NCBI GenBank assembly: GCA_044378055.1
Contig: JBILXY010000002.1
Span: 27,122 to 91,121 of the forward strand
Source: Bdellovibrionales bacterium
GTDB taxonomy: Bacteria; Patescibacteriota; JACMRA01
Length of the DNA stretch: 64,000 nt
Direction of reading: 5' to 3'
Position 1 is the stretch's first letter; every line of letters starts with the position of its first letter. Below are positions 8,773 through 17,152 of this stretch, piece by piece. A program made the translations under genes and the position numbers. Below the pieces are notes generated by a model, which worked only from the letters and a program-made list of their open reading frames with translations, was not told the DNA's origin and made no database searches.

Positions 8773-9954
8773 ATGCAACTTTGGAAATTTGTTCTAGCCG
8801 GAATAACAGGAGATTTGGCCAAGAAAAAGATTTTACCTGCCCTAGCCCAATTCGCTATAAATAATCAAACCGAAGTTCAAATTGAATTAATTGGTTATTC
8901 CCGAAGCTTACCTGACCAAGCTGAAATTAATCTTATACTAAACCAAGCCAGTGTCGGCGAACACAAATTAAGCAAAATTGAATACATTCAAGGTGAATAC
9001 ACCGATCCTAATTTAGTCACCAATTTCACAAATCAGCTAAATGAAAATCAAAGATTGGTAATTTATCTTGCTGTTCCACCATTAACTTACTTGGATATTA
9101 TCGGAAATTCATCTTCAATCCAACACAAACAAGCCGATATAATTATTGAAAAACCTTTTGGCCAAAACAAACAAGAAGCTGAGCAATTGCTAGATTTAAT
9201 TAATAATCAAGGTTTAGAAAACCAGGTTCATTTCTTTGATCATTATTTGTTCAAAAACCCTGCCATGCTTAGTAAGGCGGACAAAACTAATTTAAGCTTT
9301 TTAAAAGACAAATGGCCCTCTGCAATTACAATCAAAGTTATTGAAGAAGAAGGGGTTCTAAACCGTGGCGGTTATTACAACTCTATTGGGGCTTTAAAAG
9401 ACATGTGGCCTCACATTCACAATTTATCTAAATTAATTTTCACCAGCCTTCCCATTAAGCCAAGTGTAAAGCCTTGTAACTATGAATGGAGCAAAGTTTT
9501 ATTTGCCCAATACGATAACTATACCATAGATGTTAATTTGGAAAATTCTAACACTGAAACTTTCTTCAGCCTAAAAGGAAATGTAAAATATAATCGCCGT
9601 GCTATACCCATAGATATTGTTTGTGGGAAAAAACTTGGGAAGAAAGAAACCATTATTGAAATTAATTTTGAAGATGAAACTAAACTAATCTGGACTTTTT
9701 ATCCACATCCTTCCTTACAAATTATTAGTCCAGAAATAAATTTCACCCTAAACTTGGAAAGAAATAACAATTTAGATCACACTAACCTATTTTTGAATCT
9801 ATTAGACAACGACCTTTCAAAATTTGTTACACCTGCCAATATTCACCACATCTGGGATACTTACGCCGACATTTTAAAATTGTGGAAAAAACAAAAACAA
9901 GAGGTTCAATATTATAATTACAGTAACTGGACAGAACTAGTTGAAATTAATTAA
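8773..9954 (+). CDS. zwf: Glucose-6-phosphate 1-dehydrogenase-like protein (divergent).
   Basis: FVLAGITGDLAKKKILPAL (compare GATGDLAxRKLxPAL), IIIEKPFG (EKPxG) and FFDHYLFK (compare RIDHYLGK). I placed the start at ATG 8773 (M65 of the track ORF). The 8581 start would overlap the upstream gene. Confidence 0.7.
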   Translation: MQLWKFVLAGITGDLAKKKILPALAQFAINNQTEVQIELIGYSRSLPDQAEINLILNQASVGEHKLSKIEYIQGEYTDPNLVTNFTNQLNENQRLVIYLAVPPLTYLDIIGNSSSIQHKQADIIIEKPFGQNKQEAEQLLDLINNQGLENQVHFFDHYLFKNPAMLSKADKTNLSFLKDKWPSAITIKVIEEEGVLNRGGYYNSIGALKDMWPHIHNLSKLIFTSLPIKPSVKPCNYEWSKVLFAQYDNYTIDVNLENSNTETFFSLKGNVKYNRRAIPIDIVCGKKLGKKETIIEINFEDETKLIWTFYPHPSLQIISPEINFTLNLERNNNLDHTNLFLNLLDNDLSKFVTPANIHHIWDTYADILKLWKKQKQEVQYYNYSNWTELVEIN

Positions 9955-9986
9955 GGTAGTCTGGAGCTTGGAGATGTTGCCATAAT

Positions 9987-10008
9987 GGAGACTGGGAGTC
10001 TCCGCTAC
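9987..10008 (+). repeat. REP-like element, family A.
   Basis: GGAGACTGGGAGTCTCCGCTAC, 33 nt after the zwf-like stop and 18 nt before the next start codon. Confidence 0.8.
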
Positions 10009-10025
10009 ACATTCAAAACCACAAT

Positions 10026-10547
10026 ATGCCTTTTCAAACTAAAATTACCCTTATACTACTTCAAACCCTAGACGGTTTCATAGCTAAAAACCAAAACGAC
10101 AATTTAGACTGGGGCAGCAGCGAAGATAAAAAGCTTTTTGCTGAAAGAACCAAGAAAATTGGCTTAATGATTTGTGGAAGTAACACTTACCTTAAAATGA
10201 GTCCGGAAAGTTTTGAAGATAGAAAAACCATTGTGGTAACTTCAAGACCAGAGGAAATAGATAAACAGGTTGAAAATGTAGAATTTTTTACCGGCTCACC
10301 GGCAGAATTAAAAGCCAAACTTTCTGATGAGGGTATTGCTGAAGCTGCTCTTGTTGGTGGTGGTAAATTGAACAATGCTTTTTTACAGGAAAATTTAGTT
10401 GATGAAATTTACATAAGCCTAGCTCCGGTACTTTTTGGCACAGGCGTGAGAGGTTACGGCGAAAACCAACTATTTAATAAATTTGAATTAATCTCGAATG
10501 AAATTATCAGCCCCAGCCTAATTCTTTTACATTACCAGAAAATCTAA
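10026..10547 (+). CDS. RibD C-terminal-domain / dihydrofolate-reductase-like reductase.
   Basis: LLQTLDGFIAKNQNDNLDWGSSEDKKLF ... LVGGGKLNNAFLQENLVDEIYISLAPVLFGTG matches the RibD_C fold pattern. Confidence 0.65.
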   Translation: MPFQTKITLILLQTLDGFIAKNQNDNLDWGSSEDKKLFAERTKKIGLMICGSNTYLKMSPESFEDRKTIVVTSRPEEIDKQVENVEFFTGSPAELKAKLSDEGIAEAALVGGGKLNNAFLQENLVDEIYISLAPVLFGTGVRGYGENQLFNKFELISNEIISPSLILLHYQKI

Positions 10548-10560
10548 GGCGATACTTTTT

Positions 10561-10582
10561 GGAGACTAGGAGTCTCCGCTAC
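10561..10582 (+). repeat. REP-like element, family A (one loop substitution).
   Basis: GGAGACTAGGAGTCTCCGCTAC, 14 nt after the stop at 10547. Confidence 0.8.
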
Positions 10583-10656
10583 GGGCATACAAACCAAGAG
10601 TTACGGTCATGCAAACCAAGATTGACAAGCAACCCTGATTCAATCAAACCATTCTT

Positions 10657-10986
10657 ATGGAAAACTTAAAACTAACTTCAGAACAAATCCACTCCCAGCT
10701 TAAACTTCTGCCAGACTGGGCCGATATCGACGAGCTTAAAATTAACAAAACCTTTAAATTTACCAATTTTGTTGAAGCCCTATCTTTTATCAACCAAGTT
10801 GGAAGCCTGGCCGAAACCGCCAAACATCACCCAGATATTCACGTTTATTACAACCAAGTAGTTTTTGAATTATGGACCCACGATGTTCAAGGTTTATCAG
10901 ATAAAGATTTCGATTTAGCGATTAAAATTGAAGAACTTTACACCAATTTCATCGCAGAAGAAAAAACCCTAGAAACGGATTACTAA
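10657..10986 (+). CDS. phhB: Pterin-4a-carbinolamine dehydratase (PCD/DCoH).
   Basis: 109 aa. INKTFKFTNFVEALSFINQVGSLAETAKHHPDIHVYYNQVVFELWTHD is the characteristic PCD core. Confidence 0.75.
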   Translation: MENLKLTSEQIHSQLKLLPDWADIDELKINKTFKFTNFVEALSFINQVGSLAETAKHHPDIHVYYNQVVFELWTHDVQGLSDKDFDLAIKIEELYTNFIAEEKTLETDY

Positions 10987-11020
10987 AATTCCCCTTTTGA
11001 GGAGTGGATTCAAAGAGGTG
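10987..11020 (+). repeat. Degenerate or deleted family B repeat copy.
   Basis: AATTCCCCTTTTGAGGAGTGGATTCAAAGAGGTG starts directly after the stop codon. It aligns to the 63407 copy with an internal deletion. Confidence 0.45.
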
Positions 11021-11092
11021 CTAGTCATCTCTTTTTTCTTGTCCAAATTCTTTATTTTTGACTAAAACTGAACTGCTAAATAAATTTAAATT

Positions 11093-12901
11093 ATGATCAA
11101 TAGGCCCTTGTTGCAAATTAAAGACTTACACAAATCCTTCGGACTGAAGAAAATATTTACCGACGCCAATTTAGTTATTACCGAAAACCAAAAGATTGGA
11201 GTAATTGGCAGAAATGGGGCTGGAAAAACCACACTTTTTAAAATGATTATGGGCCTTGATGAGCCAGACTTAGGTGAAATTCAACATTATCCATACATGC
11301 GTTTAGGATATATCGAGCAAAACGATCCGTTTTTACCTGGTGAAACTGTTATAGATTTCCTTGAAAGATATACCAAAAAACCCACTTGGGAATGTGCCAA
11401 AGTTGCCAGCCGTTTCCAACTTAAAAAAGATAGATTAGAAAAACCAGTAACCGATTTATCTGGAGGTTTCCAAATGAGGGTAAAACTAACTGCCACCCTA
11501 CTTTTCGAACCAAATTTGTTGTTATTGGATGAGCCTACCAACTATTTAGATTTATCAACTTTAATTTTGCTAGAGAAATTTTTATTAGATTTTAAGGGAA
11601 CTGTAATGGTAATTACCCACGACAGAGAATTTATAAAGAAAACCTGCAATTCTACGCTTGATGTTGGTCATGGTCAGCTTTTTTTGCATAACGAAGGTTT
11701 GGAAGAATATTTAGAATACAAGCAAGAACAAGAAGAATTGGCTAAAAGTGTTAATGAAAACATCGAGAAGAAACAGAAACAACTTCAAACTTTCGTTGAT
11801 AAATTTGGTGCTAAAGCCAGTAAAGCCAAATCTGCCCAGTCTAAAATGCGTCAGATTGATAAATTAGATACTAAAAAAATTGGTATAGCCACAGCTTTTT
11901 CTAATGTTAGAATGCATATTCCCACCGTTGAAAACAAACAAGGCGACGCTTTGGAATGTGTAAATATAGATATTGGTTACCCAGGAAAAGTGGTGGTAAA
12001 AGGTATTGATGTTCGGGTTGAACGCGGTAAAAAAGTGGCTATTTTAGGGGATAACGGACAAGGAAAAAGTACTTTCATGAAAACCATCATGAATGAAATT
12101 CCAACTATGAAAGGTGAAGTTGCTTGGAAAAAAGGTTTGAAATTAGGGTTTTATAATCAGCATTTAAGTGCCAGTTTGAATCCAGATGAAACTGTTTTTG
12201 GTTTTGCATCCAAGAAAGCTGAAGGAAATTCCAGTATGGACGAAGTTTTTAGAATTTTAGGAAACTTTTTATTTACAAGGAATGATTATGAAAAAACTGC
12301 TTCGGTTTTAAGTGGAGGGGAAAAAGCCAGACTTTGCTTGGCTGGAATATTTTTAGGTAAAGCCGATGTATATTTATTGGATGAACCTACAAACCATTTA
12401 GATTTTGAAACCGTGGAAGCTTTAGGCGCTGCTTTGGGTAATTTTAATGGAACAGTTTTTGTAATTTCCCATAATCGAACTTTCGTAAGCTTAATTGCCA
12501 ATGAAATTATTGAAATTAAAGACGGAGGATTGAAAAGAATTTTAGGAAGCTACCAAGATTATGTTTGGAATTTAGAACAACAAGCCGATTTGGAAAATGC
12601 CTCAAATAAAAAAGCTGATACCGAGGAAGCTGCGGCGAAGTTTGATGTAACAGGGGCTGGTGGAAGTGGCAAAACAGAAAATGGACAGGTTTCGTCGAGC
12701 GGTGGCGGAAATATGAGTAAAGAAGTTCGCAAAAAACTTTTTGAAATGAACAAAGAACTGAAAAAAGCCGAAAGAAAAATGCAAAACCTGCAAAGCTTAA
12801 TAGAAAGCGAACAAAACGACGATTCAACAAAAGCCAAGTTAGCAGATGCTGAAATTGTTTGGCTAGAATTAAAAGATCAGATTGAGAAGTTGCAAGGGTA
12901 A
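11093..12901 (+). CDS. ABC-F family ATPase (translation-factor type, no transmembrane domain).
   Basis: Two ABC cassettes. The first has GRNGAGKTTLFK / LSGGFQMRV / LLLDEPTNYLD. The second has GDNGQGKSTFMK / LSGGEKARL / LLDEPTNHLD. The C-terminus is a charged coiled coil. Confidence 0.85.
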   Translation: MINRPLLQIKDLHKSFGLKKIFTDANLVITENQKIGVIGRNGAGKTTLFKMIMGLDEPDLGEIQHYPYMRLGYIEQNDPFLPGETVIDFLERYTKKPTWECAKVASRFQLKKDRLEKPVTDLSGGFQMRVKLTATLLFEPNLLLLDEPTNYLDLSTLILLEKFLLDFKGTVMVITHDREFIKKTCNSTLDVGHGQLFLHNEGLEEYLEYKQEQEELAKSVNENIEKKQKQLQTFVDKFGAKASKAKSAQSKMRQIDKLDTKKIGIATAFSNVRMHIPTVENKQGDALECVNIDIGYPGKVVVKGIDVRVERGKKVAILGDNGQGKSTFMKTIMNEIPTMKGEVAWKKGLKLGFYNQHLSASLNPDETVFGFASKKAEGNSSMDEVFRILGNFLFTRNDYEKTASVLSGGEKARLCLAGIFLGKADVYLLDEPTNHLDFETVEALGAALGNFNGTVFVISHNRTFVSLIANEIIEIKDGGLKRILGSYQDYVWNLEQQADLENASNKKADTEEAAAKFDVTGAGGSGKTENGQVSSSGGGNMSKEVRKKLFEMNKELKKAERKMQNLQSLIESEQNDDSTKAKLADAEIVWLELKDQIEKLQG

Positions 12902-12965
12902 TTGACTAAGTCTATTTTATATGCAAAAAAATAAAATGATTTGTAAATAAATTGGATTAAAAACA

Positions 12966-13250
12966 ATGAGTAGTCACTTAGTTGTGTATCAAGATTCTAG
13001 TAAACCCGATGCTAATACCTTATCACTTTTTGCATTGATCGAAGGTTCGATTGGAAACCCTTTATATAGATTAGTTGAAAGAAACCATCCTTTGGAAACT
13101 TTAATTAACTGTGCTTATACACAAGCTATCCATTTGGGTCGAGGTGACTTGAAGGAAATGGCTAACAATTGCCAACAAAATTTGCATCACATCGACTGCA
13201 CAGAGCTTGACTACTTGGTAGTTGATTCTATAGTATATGATGACGATTAA
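12966..13250 (+). CDS. Orphan hypothetical protein (94 aa).
   Basis: ORF followed by its own hairpin and T-tract. No family recognised. Confidence 0.4.
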   Translation: MSSHLVVYQDSSKPDANTLSLFALIEGSIGNPLYRLVERNHPLETLINCAYTQAIHLGRGDLKEMANNCQQNLHHIDCTELDYLVVDSIVYDDD

Positions 13251-13258
13251 CACGCACT

Positions 13259-13285
13259 AACTAGCTTTAAGCTAGTTTATTTATT
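13259..13285 (+). terminator. Intrinsic terminator.
   Basis: AACTAGC-TTTAA-GCTAGTT followed by TATTTATT, between convergent genes. Confidence 0.55.
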
Positions 13286-13303
13286 GCCACTTAAACAGCT
13301 TAA

Positions 13304-15100
13304 CTACATCCCAAGCAAAACCAACCCTGCGTACCACAAAGGCCATTGGGGTTTTGGGATATTGTTTTTTTCTAGCCAGGTTTGTGGGTTTTCTAAATTT
13401 ATTCTATTATCTTCCCCTTCCAAAACTTTCTGAATTATTTCCTGATTAGGTTTTAAATTAAACTGGTTACTAAGTTCTAAGATATTTTGAATTAATTTTT
13501 TAGCGTCAAAAGATCCATCAACAAGAATACAAGGCACTGGGTTTGCGTTATGTTCGGTGTCTGTGGTTTTACCACCGCTAGTAAGCCCTACCATTTCAAT
13601 ATTTCCATGATCGGCCGTAATAAGCATTTTATGATTTCCCTTTTCTACAGCTTTAACCAATCGGCCGATTTCAACATCCAAAGCTTCCATACTTTCTATT
13701 GAAGCTGGAATATTCCCGGTGTGGCCAAGCATATCCGGATTGGCGTAATTTACGATAATATAATCATATTTTCCAAGGCCATTTTCAAGAATATAGTCTG
13801 TGATTTCCTTGGCTTTCATCTCTGGTTTTTCCGCGTGACTATGAACTTTATTTGAATTAATTACATGCCAAGTTTCACCTTCCCACTTTTTGTTTTGCCC
13901 ACCGTTAAAGAAATAAGTTACATGGTTGTACTTTTCAGTTTCTGCAATATGTAACTGAGTTTTTCCTTCGCTACTTAGCACACTAGACATTGGGTTTGAA
14001 ACTGCCTGATTTTTAAAAATTGGATAATATTGCCCTTCTTTAAAAGTTTCTGGATTAAAGTTTTTCGGAATAATCTTTGATGAAATATCCAAGTTGGACT
14101 TTAAGAATATTTCTTGTTCAATTCCGTAACTATTATTAGCTAAAATTGTTAAATTTAAATTAAATTCCTGGTTTAAATGGCATAAAACCGTTGAAAACTC
14201 CTTCATTCTATCGGTTCTAAAGTTCATTAACCAAACTGTGTCAGTCTTTTGTATATAAAAATAACCAACCGCAGAAATCATTTCATCAAATTTGTTATCA
14301 TTATAATTTAGACTGCATACTTGCTTTAATTCCAAGTCAATGGATTTTAAATCTATAAGTTCAGATTTTAACTTTTCTGTTGGATGAATTTCATTTTGTA
14401 TTTTATATTCAGAAAGCAGATATTCATTTACATTTTCCAATTTGGAAAAATCAAACATTGCAGCCATACCTTCAATTACCCTGCCCCAGTTATTATCTCT
14501 ATCCATGGTATAAAAACGACCGCCAACCGAACCCAAAAATATTTTGTCCTGATAAGGCTTTAATTGATTTTCAAAAGTATTAGTAAAATAATTCCAAGTT
14601 GAAACTAAGCTTGTTCTATCAGAATCACGCCCATCAGTTATAATATGTAGAACAATTTTTTCTGCTCCAGAAAGCCCTGCACTAGCAATAGAGGCAGCCC
14701 AATGCCTTAAATCAGAATGGATTGTACCAGTTGAAAACAAACCGACCAGGTGCACAGTTTTGCTTTGGCTTTTAGAAAGTTTCATTTTTAAAAACAATTT
14801 TGGGTCGAAAATTTGATCAGGCCAAGCTTTATTTAAGGTAAAATTTTCCTCCGAGCTTTTGGTTATTTGATAACTTAATTGCTTTATTAAACCTAATCCA
14901 CCTAAATTCATATGCCCCACTTCACTATTTCCAACCAAACCACTTTCTTGCCCAACACAATCTCCATCCGAGTTTAAAGTTGTCCACCAATAATTTTTAA
15001 GCAAATACCTAATATTGGGCATTTTTGCCATACTTACAACATTATTCTGGGAAGTTTCCGCCAAACCAAATCCATCTAAAACACATAAAATTTTTGTCAT
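13304..15100 (-). CDS. gpmI: 2,3-bisphosphoglycerate-independent phosphoglycerate mutase, with internal insertions and a C-terminal extension.
   Basis: LCVLDGFGLA, NSEVGHMNLGG, ANPDMLGHTGN and TADHGN motifs of iPGM. At 598 aa it is longer than typical iPGMs. Confidence 0.85.
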   Translation of the reverse strand: MTKILCVLDGFGLAETSQNNVVSMAKMPNIRYLLKNYWWTTLNSDGDCVGQESGLVGNSEVGHMNLGGLGLIKQLSYQITKSSEENFTLNKAWPDQIFDPKLFLKMKLSKSQSKTVHLVGLFSTGTIHSDLRHWAASIASAGLSGAEKIVLHIITDGRDSDRTSLVSTWNYFTNTFENQLKPYQDKIFLGSVGGRFYTMDRDNNWGRVIEGMAAMFDFSKLENVNEYLLSEYKIQNEIHPTEKLKSELIDLKSIDLELKQVCSLNYNDNKFDEMISAVGYFYIQKTDTVWLMNFRTDRMKEFSTVLCHLNQEFNLNLTILANNSYGIEQEIFLKSNLDISSKIIPKNFNPETFKEGQYYPIFKNQAVSNPMSSVLSSEGKTQLHIAETEKYNHVTYFFNGGQNKKWEGETWHVINSNKVHSHAEKPEMKAKEITDYILENGLGKYDYIIVNYANPDMLGHTGNIPASIESMEALDVEIGRLVKAVEKGNHKMLITADHGNIEMVGLTSGGKTTDTEHNANPVPCILVDGSFDAKKLIQNILELSNQFNLKPNQEIIQKVLEGEDNRINLENPQTWLEKNNIPKPQWPLWYAGLVLLGM

Positions 15101-15239
15101 ATTTTTTTCAATTCCTTCCTATTGTACCCCATTAAAAAGTAAAGGTCAAAGTAGAGGTGTTTTTCACAATCGCCAAGGCCAAAGCGCCAGCAAACTTGCC
15201 ACATTTACAATTAACACTAAAATTCAAATTACCTAACCT

Positions 15240-15938
15240 ATGTTATATGTTATTCCCACCCCAGTTGGTAATTTAGAAGATATTACAATCCGTGCTAAAC
15301 GAATTCTAAGTGAAGCAAAAATCTTACTTTGCGAAGACCCTCGTTCAACTGCTATCCTTTTAAAATTGCTAGATGTAAAAAGTGATCAAAGATTAATTCA
15401 ACTAAGTAAAAAACAAGAAATTAACTTTAAGGGTATTGAGGAAGTGATATCCGAGTTAAAAAAGCATGTTGCTGATGAAAAAGATTACATTATTGGCCTT
15501 GTTTGCGATGCTGGTACACCAGGAATTTCAGATCCTGGAAAAGTTGTAATTCAAAAACTTTGGGAAAATAATTTAGAATTTACTGTACTTCCAGGGGCAA
15601 CCAGCCTTATTCCGGCAGTTGTAGCTTCAGGTATGCTAACCAAAGATTGGTGTTTTAAAGGTTTCCTTCCAATAAAAAAAGGTAGGCAAACAATGTGGAA
15701 GGAAATAACCCAAAGCCAGGTGGCCAGTGTAATTTTCGAATCTGTTCATCGTATGGAAAAAACTATTTTGGAGATGAAAGAGTATCTTCCCCCTAACCGT
15801 CTTGTTTTTTTTGCAAGGGAAATTTCCAAATTACACGAAACCTATTGGCGCGGCAAGATTGAGGATTTGAGTATAGATAGGGTTAAACTAAAAGGTGAGT
15901 TTGTCTTGGTGGTAGGAGGGGTTGAGGATATAGCCTAA
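15240..15938 (+). CDS. rsmI: 16S rRNA (cytidine1402-2'-O)-methyltransferase.
   Basis: LYVIPTPVGNLEDITIRAKRIL..LCEDPRSTAILLK and DAGTPGISDPG. Confidence 0.85.
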   Translation: MLYVIPTPVGNLEDITIRAKRILSEAKILLCEDPRSTAILLKLLDVKSDQRLIQLSKKQEINFKGIEEVISELKKHVADEKDYIIGLVCDAGTPGISDPGKVVIQKLWENNLEFTVLPGATSLIPAVVASGMLTKDWCFKGFLPIKKGRQTMWKEITQSQVASVIFESVHRMEKTILEMKEYLPPNRLVFFAREISKLHETYWRGKIEDLSIDRVKLKGEFVLVVGGVEDIA

Positions 15939-15967
15939 TTTTTTACAATGGGTTTTATTCTTTCTAC

Positions 15968-16000
15968 CAAAAAAATATCGGTCAAAATGCATGACCGATA
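15968..16000 (-). terminator. Intrinsic terminator of the 85-aa orphan gene.
   Basis: TATCGGTCA-7 nt-TGACCGATA (9-bp stem) followed on the minus strand by TTTTTTT. Confidence 0.65.
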
Positions 16001-16013
16001 CAGCAACCTGTTC

Positions 16014-16271
16014 CTATAGCAGAGTGATTCTCATATAAAACTTAGTGATTTTTTCGTCCGAATTTACGAATTTATACCAGTACTCGTATATACAAGTCTT
16101 AAGTTGGTACATATCACCTCTATTGAGGCCTTCCAATTCTGCAACTTCAACGTCACTTAGGTCAACAATGCTATCAAATGTAAGTGATTCAGGAACTTCT
16201 AAAGAATCCCCAGTATATGCATTAATCTGAAAAACCATACTCAACCTATACTCAATCGCTACTGAAATCAA
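16014..16271 (-). CDS. Orphan hypothetical protein (85 aa).
   Basis: ORF with its own terminator. No family recognised. Confidence 0.4.
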   Translation of the reverse strand: MISVAIEYRLSMVFQINAYTGDSLEVPESLTFDSIVDLSDVEVAELEGLNRGDMYQLKTCIYEYWYKFVNSDEKITKFYMRITLL

Positions 16272-16332
16272 TTAATACAGAATTTTCACACTCTGTAAAC
16301 AGCAATTTTAAATTATTCCATCAAGCAAATTT

Positions 16333-17151
16333 CTACCTTAAAACTATAGAATTCTTGTCTAAATAATTTACTGCCCAGCGTAAATCTAGGAATCTGGCTT
16401 CTCTATCTAAGGGTTTAGGGTAATCTAAATCTATAATTCTTTCAGAACCAGCCACAAAACCACTGAAATTGAATACCCCAATTCCAACCACACTTTGCCT
16501 GGAATCACGGACCAAAAATAGGATATCTACTTTTTCAATAAAGAATTCTGTGTTGTTTTTAAAGATAGCTGAAATTTTAATTTTATTGGTACCTGGTTGC
16601 TGAATAATCTGGTCATTCCTGATTTGAATATCTGGCTTTTTTTGATTATTGTTTGCGTTAGGATTATAGAAAACTTTCTGAGTGGTTGGTTCTTCAATTA
16701 AAGTAAGCTTAACAGCACTTGGGTCGGCGGAATTTAAAGTTAGATACTTTACTTCTTCAGGCAATAAATAGCTGGAAAACTTTTGTTGATCTAATAAAGT
16801 TCCGTCTTTCGATGTAATTTGCAAAGTATAAACCCAAGGAAAATAACCTGTAGTTGAATTTTCTTTGTTATTTACCGAAATATACAAGGCTTTTTCACCA
16901 GAAGCCAATGGAACAATTTCAGTTTCGCTTACCTGATAATTAGCCTGGTTAAGGTCTTTTGGGATAACTTCATTTTTGGAATCAAACCAAGTATTTCTAA
17001 ATAAATTAGCCGAGGCAGAGCCGCCAAAATAGACAGGAGCAAGTAAAACCAAACATATTCCGGCAAAAATTATTATCCCTCTTCGCACCCCTCCTTGAAA
17101 AGCAATTGAGAGATTTTCTACACGATATTGTAATGTATCAAGTTGGCTCAT
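16333..17151 (-). CDS. Hypothetical membrane-anchored protein.
   Basis: One N-terminal transmembrane segment (IIIFAGICLVLLAPVYF). The start lies 1 nt downstream of the glgP stop, so it is likely co-transcribed. Confidence 0.55.
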   Translation of the reverse strand: MSQLDTLQYRVENLSIAFQGGVRRGIIIFAGICLVLLAPVYFGGSASANLFRNTWFDSKNEVIPKDLNQANYQVSETEIVPLASGEKALYISVNNKENSTTGYFPWVYTLQITSKDGTLLDQQKFSSYLLPEEVKYLTLNSADPSAVKLTLIEEPTTQKVFYNPNANNNQKKPDIQIRNDQIIQQPGTNKIKISAIFKNNTEFFIEKVDILFLVRDSRQSVVGIGVFNFSGFVAGSERIIDLDYPKPLDREARFLDLRWAVNYLDKNSIVLR

Positions 17152-17152
17152 A

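Noticed and set aside
12516-12837. Three overlapping minus-strand ORFs in the 3' end of the ABC-F gene.
   Set aside because: They are antisense to a Lys/Glu-rich coiled-coil coding segment, which makes them low-complexity mirror ORFs.
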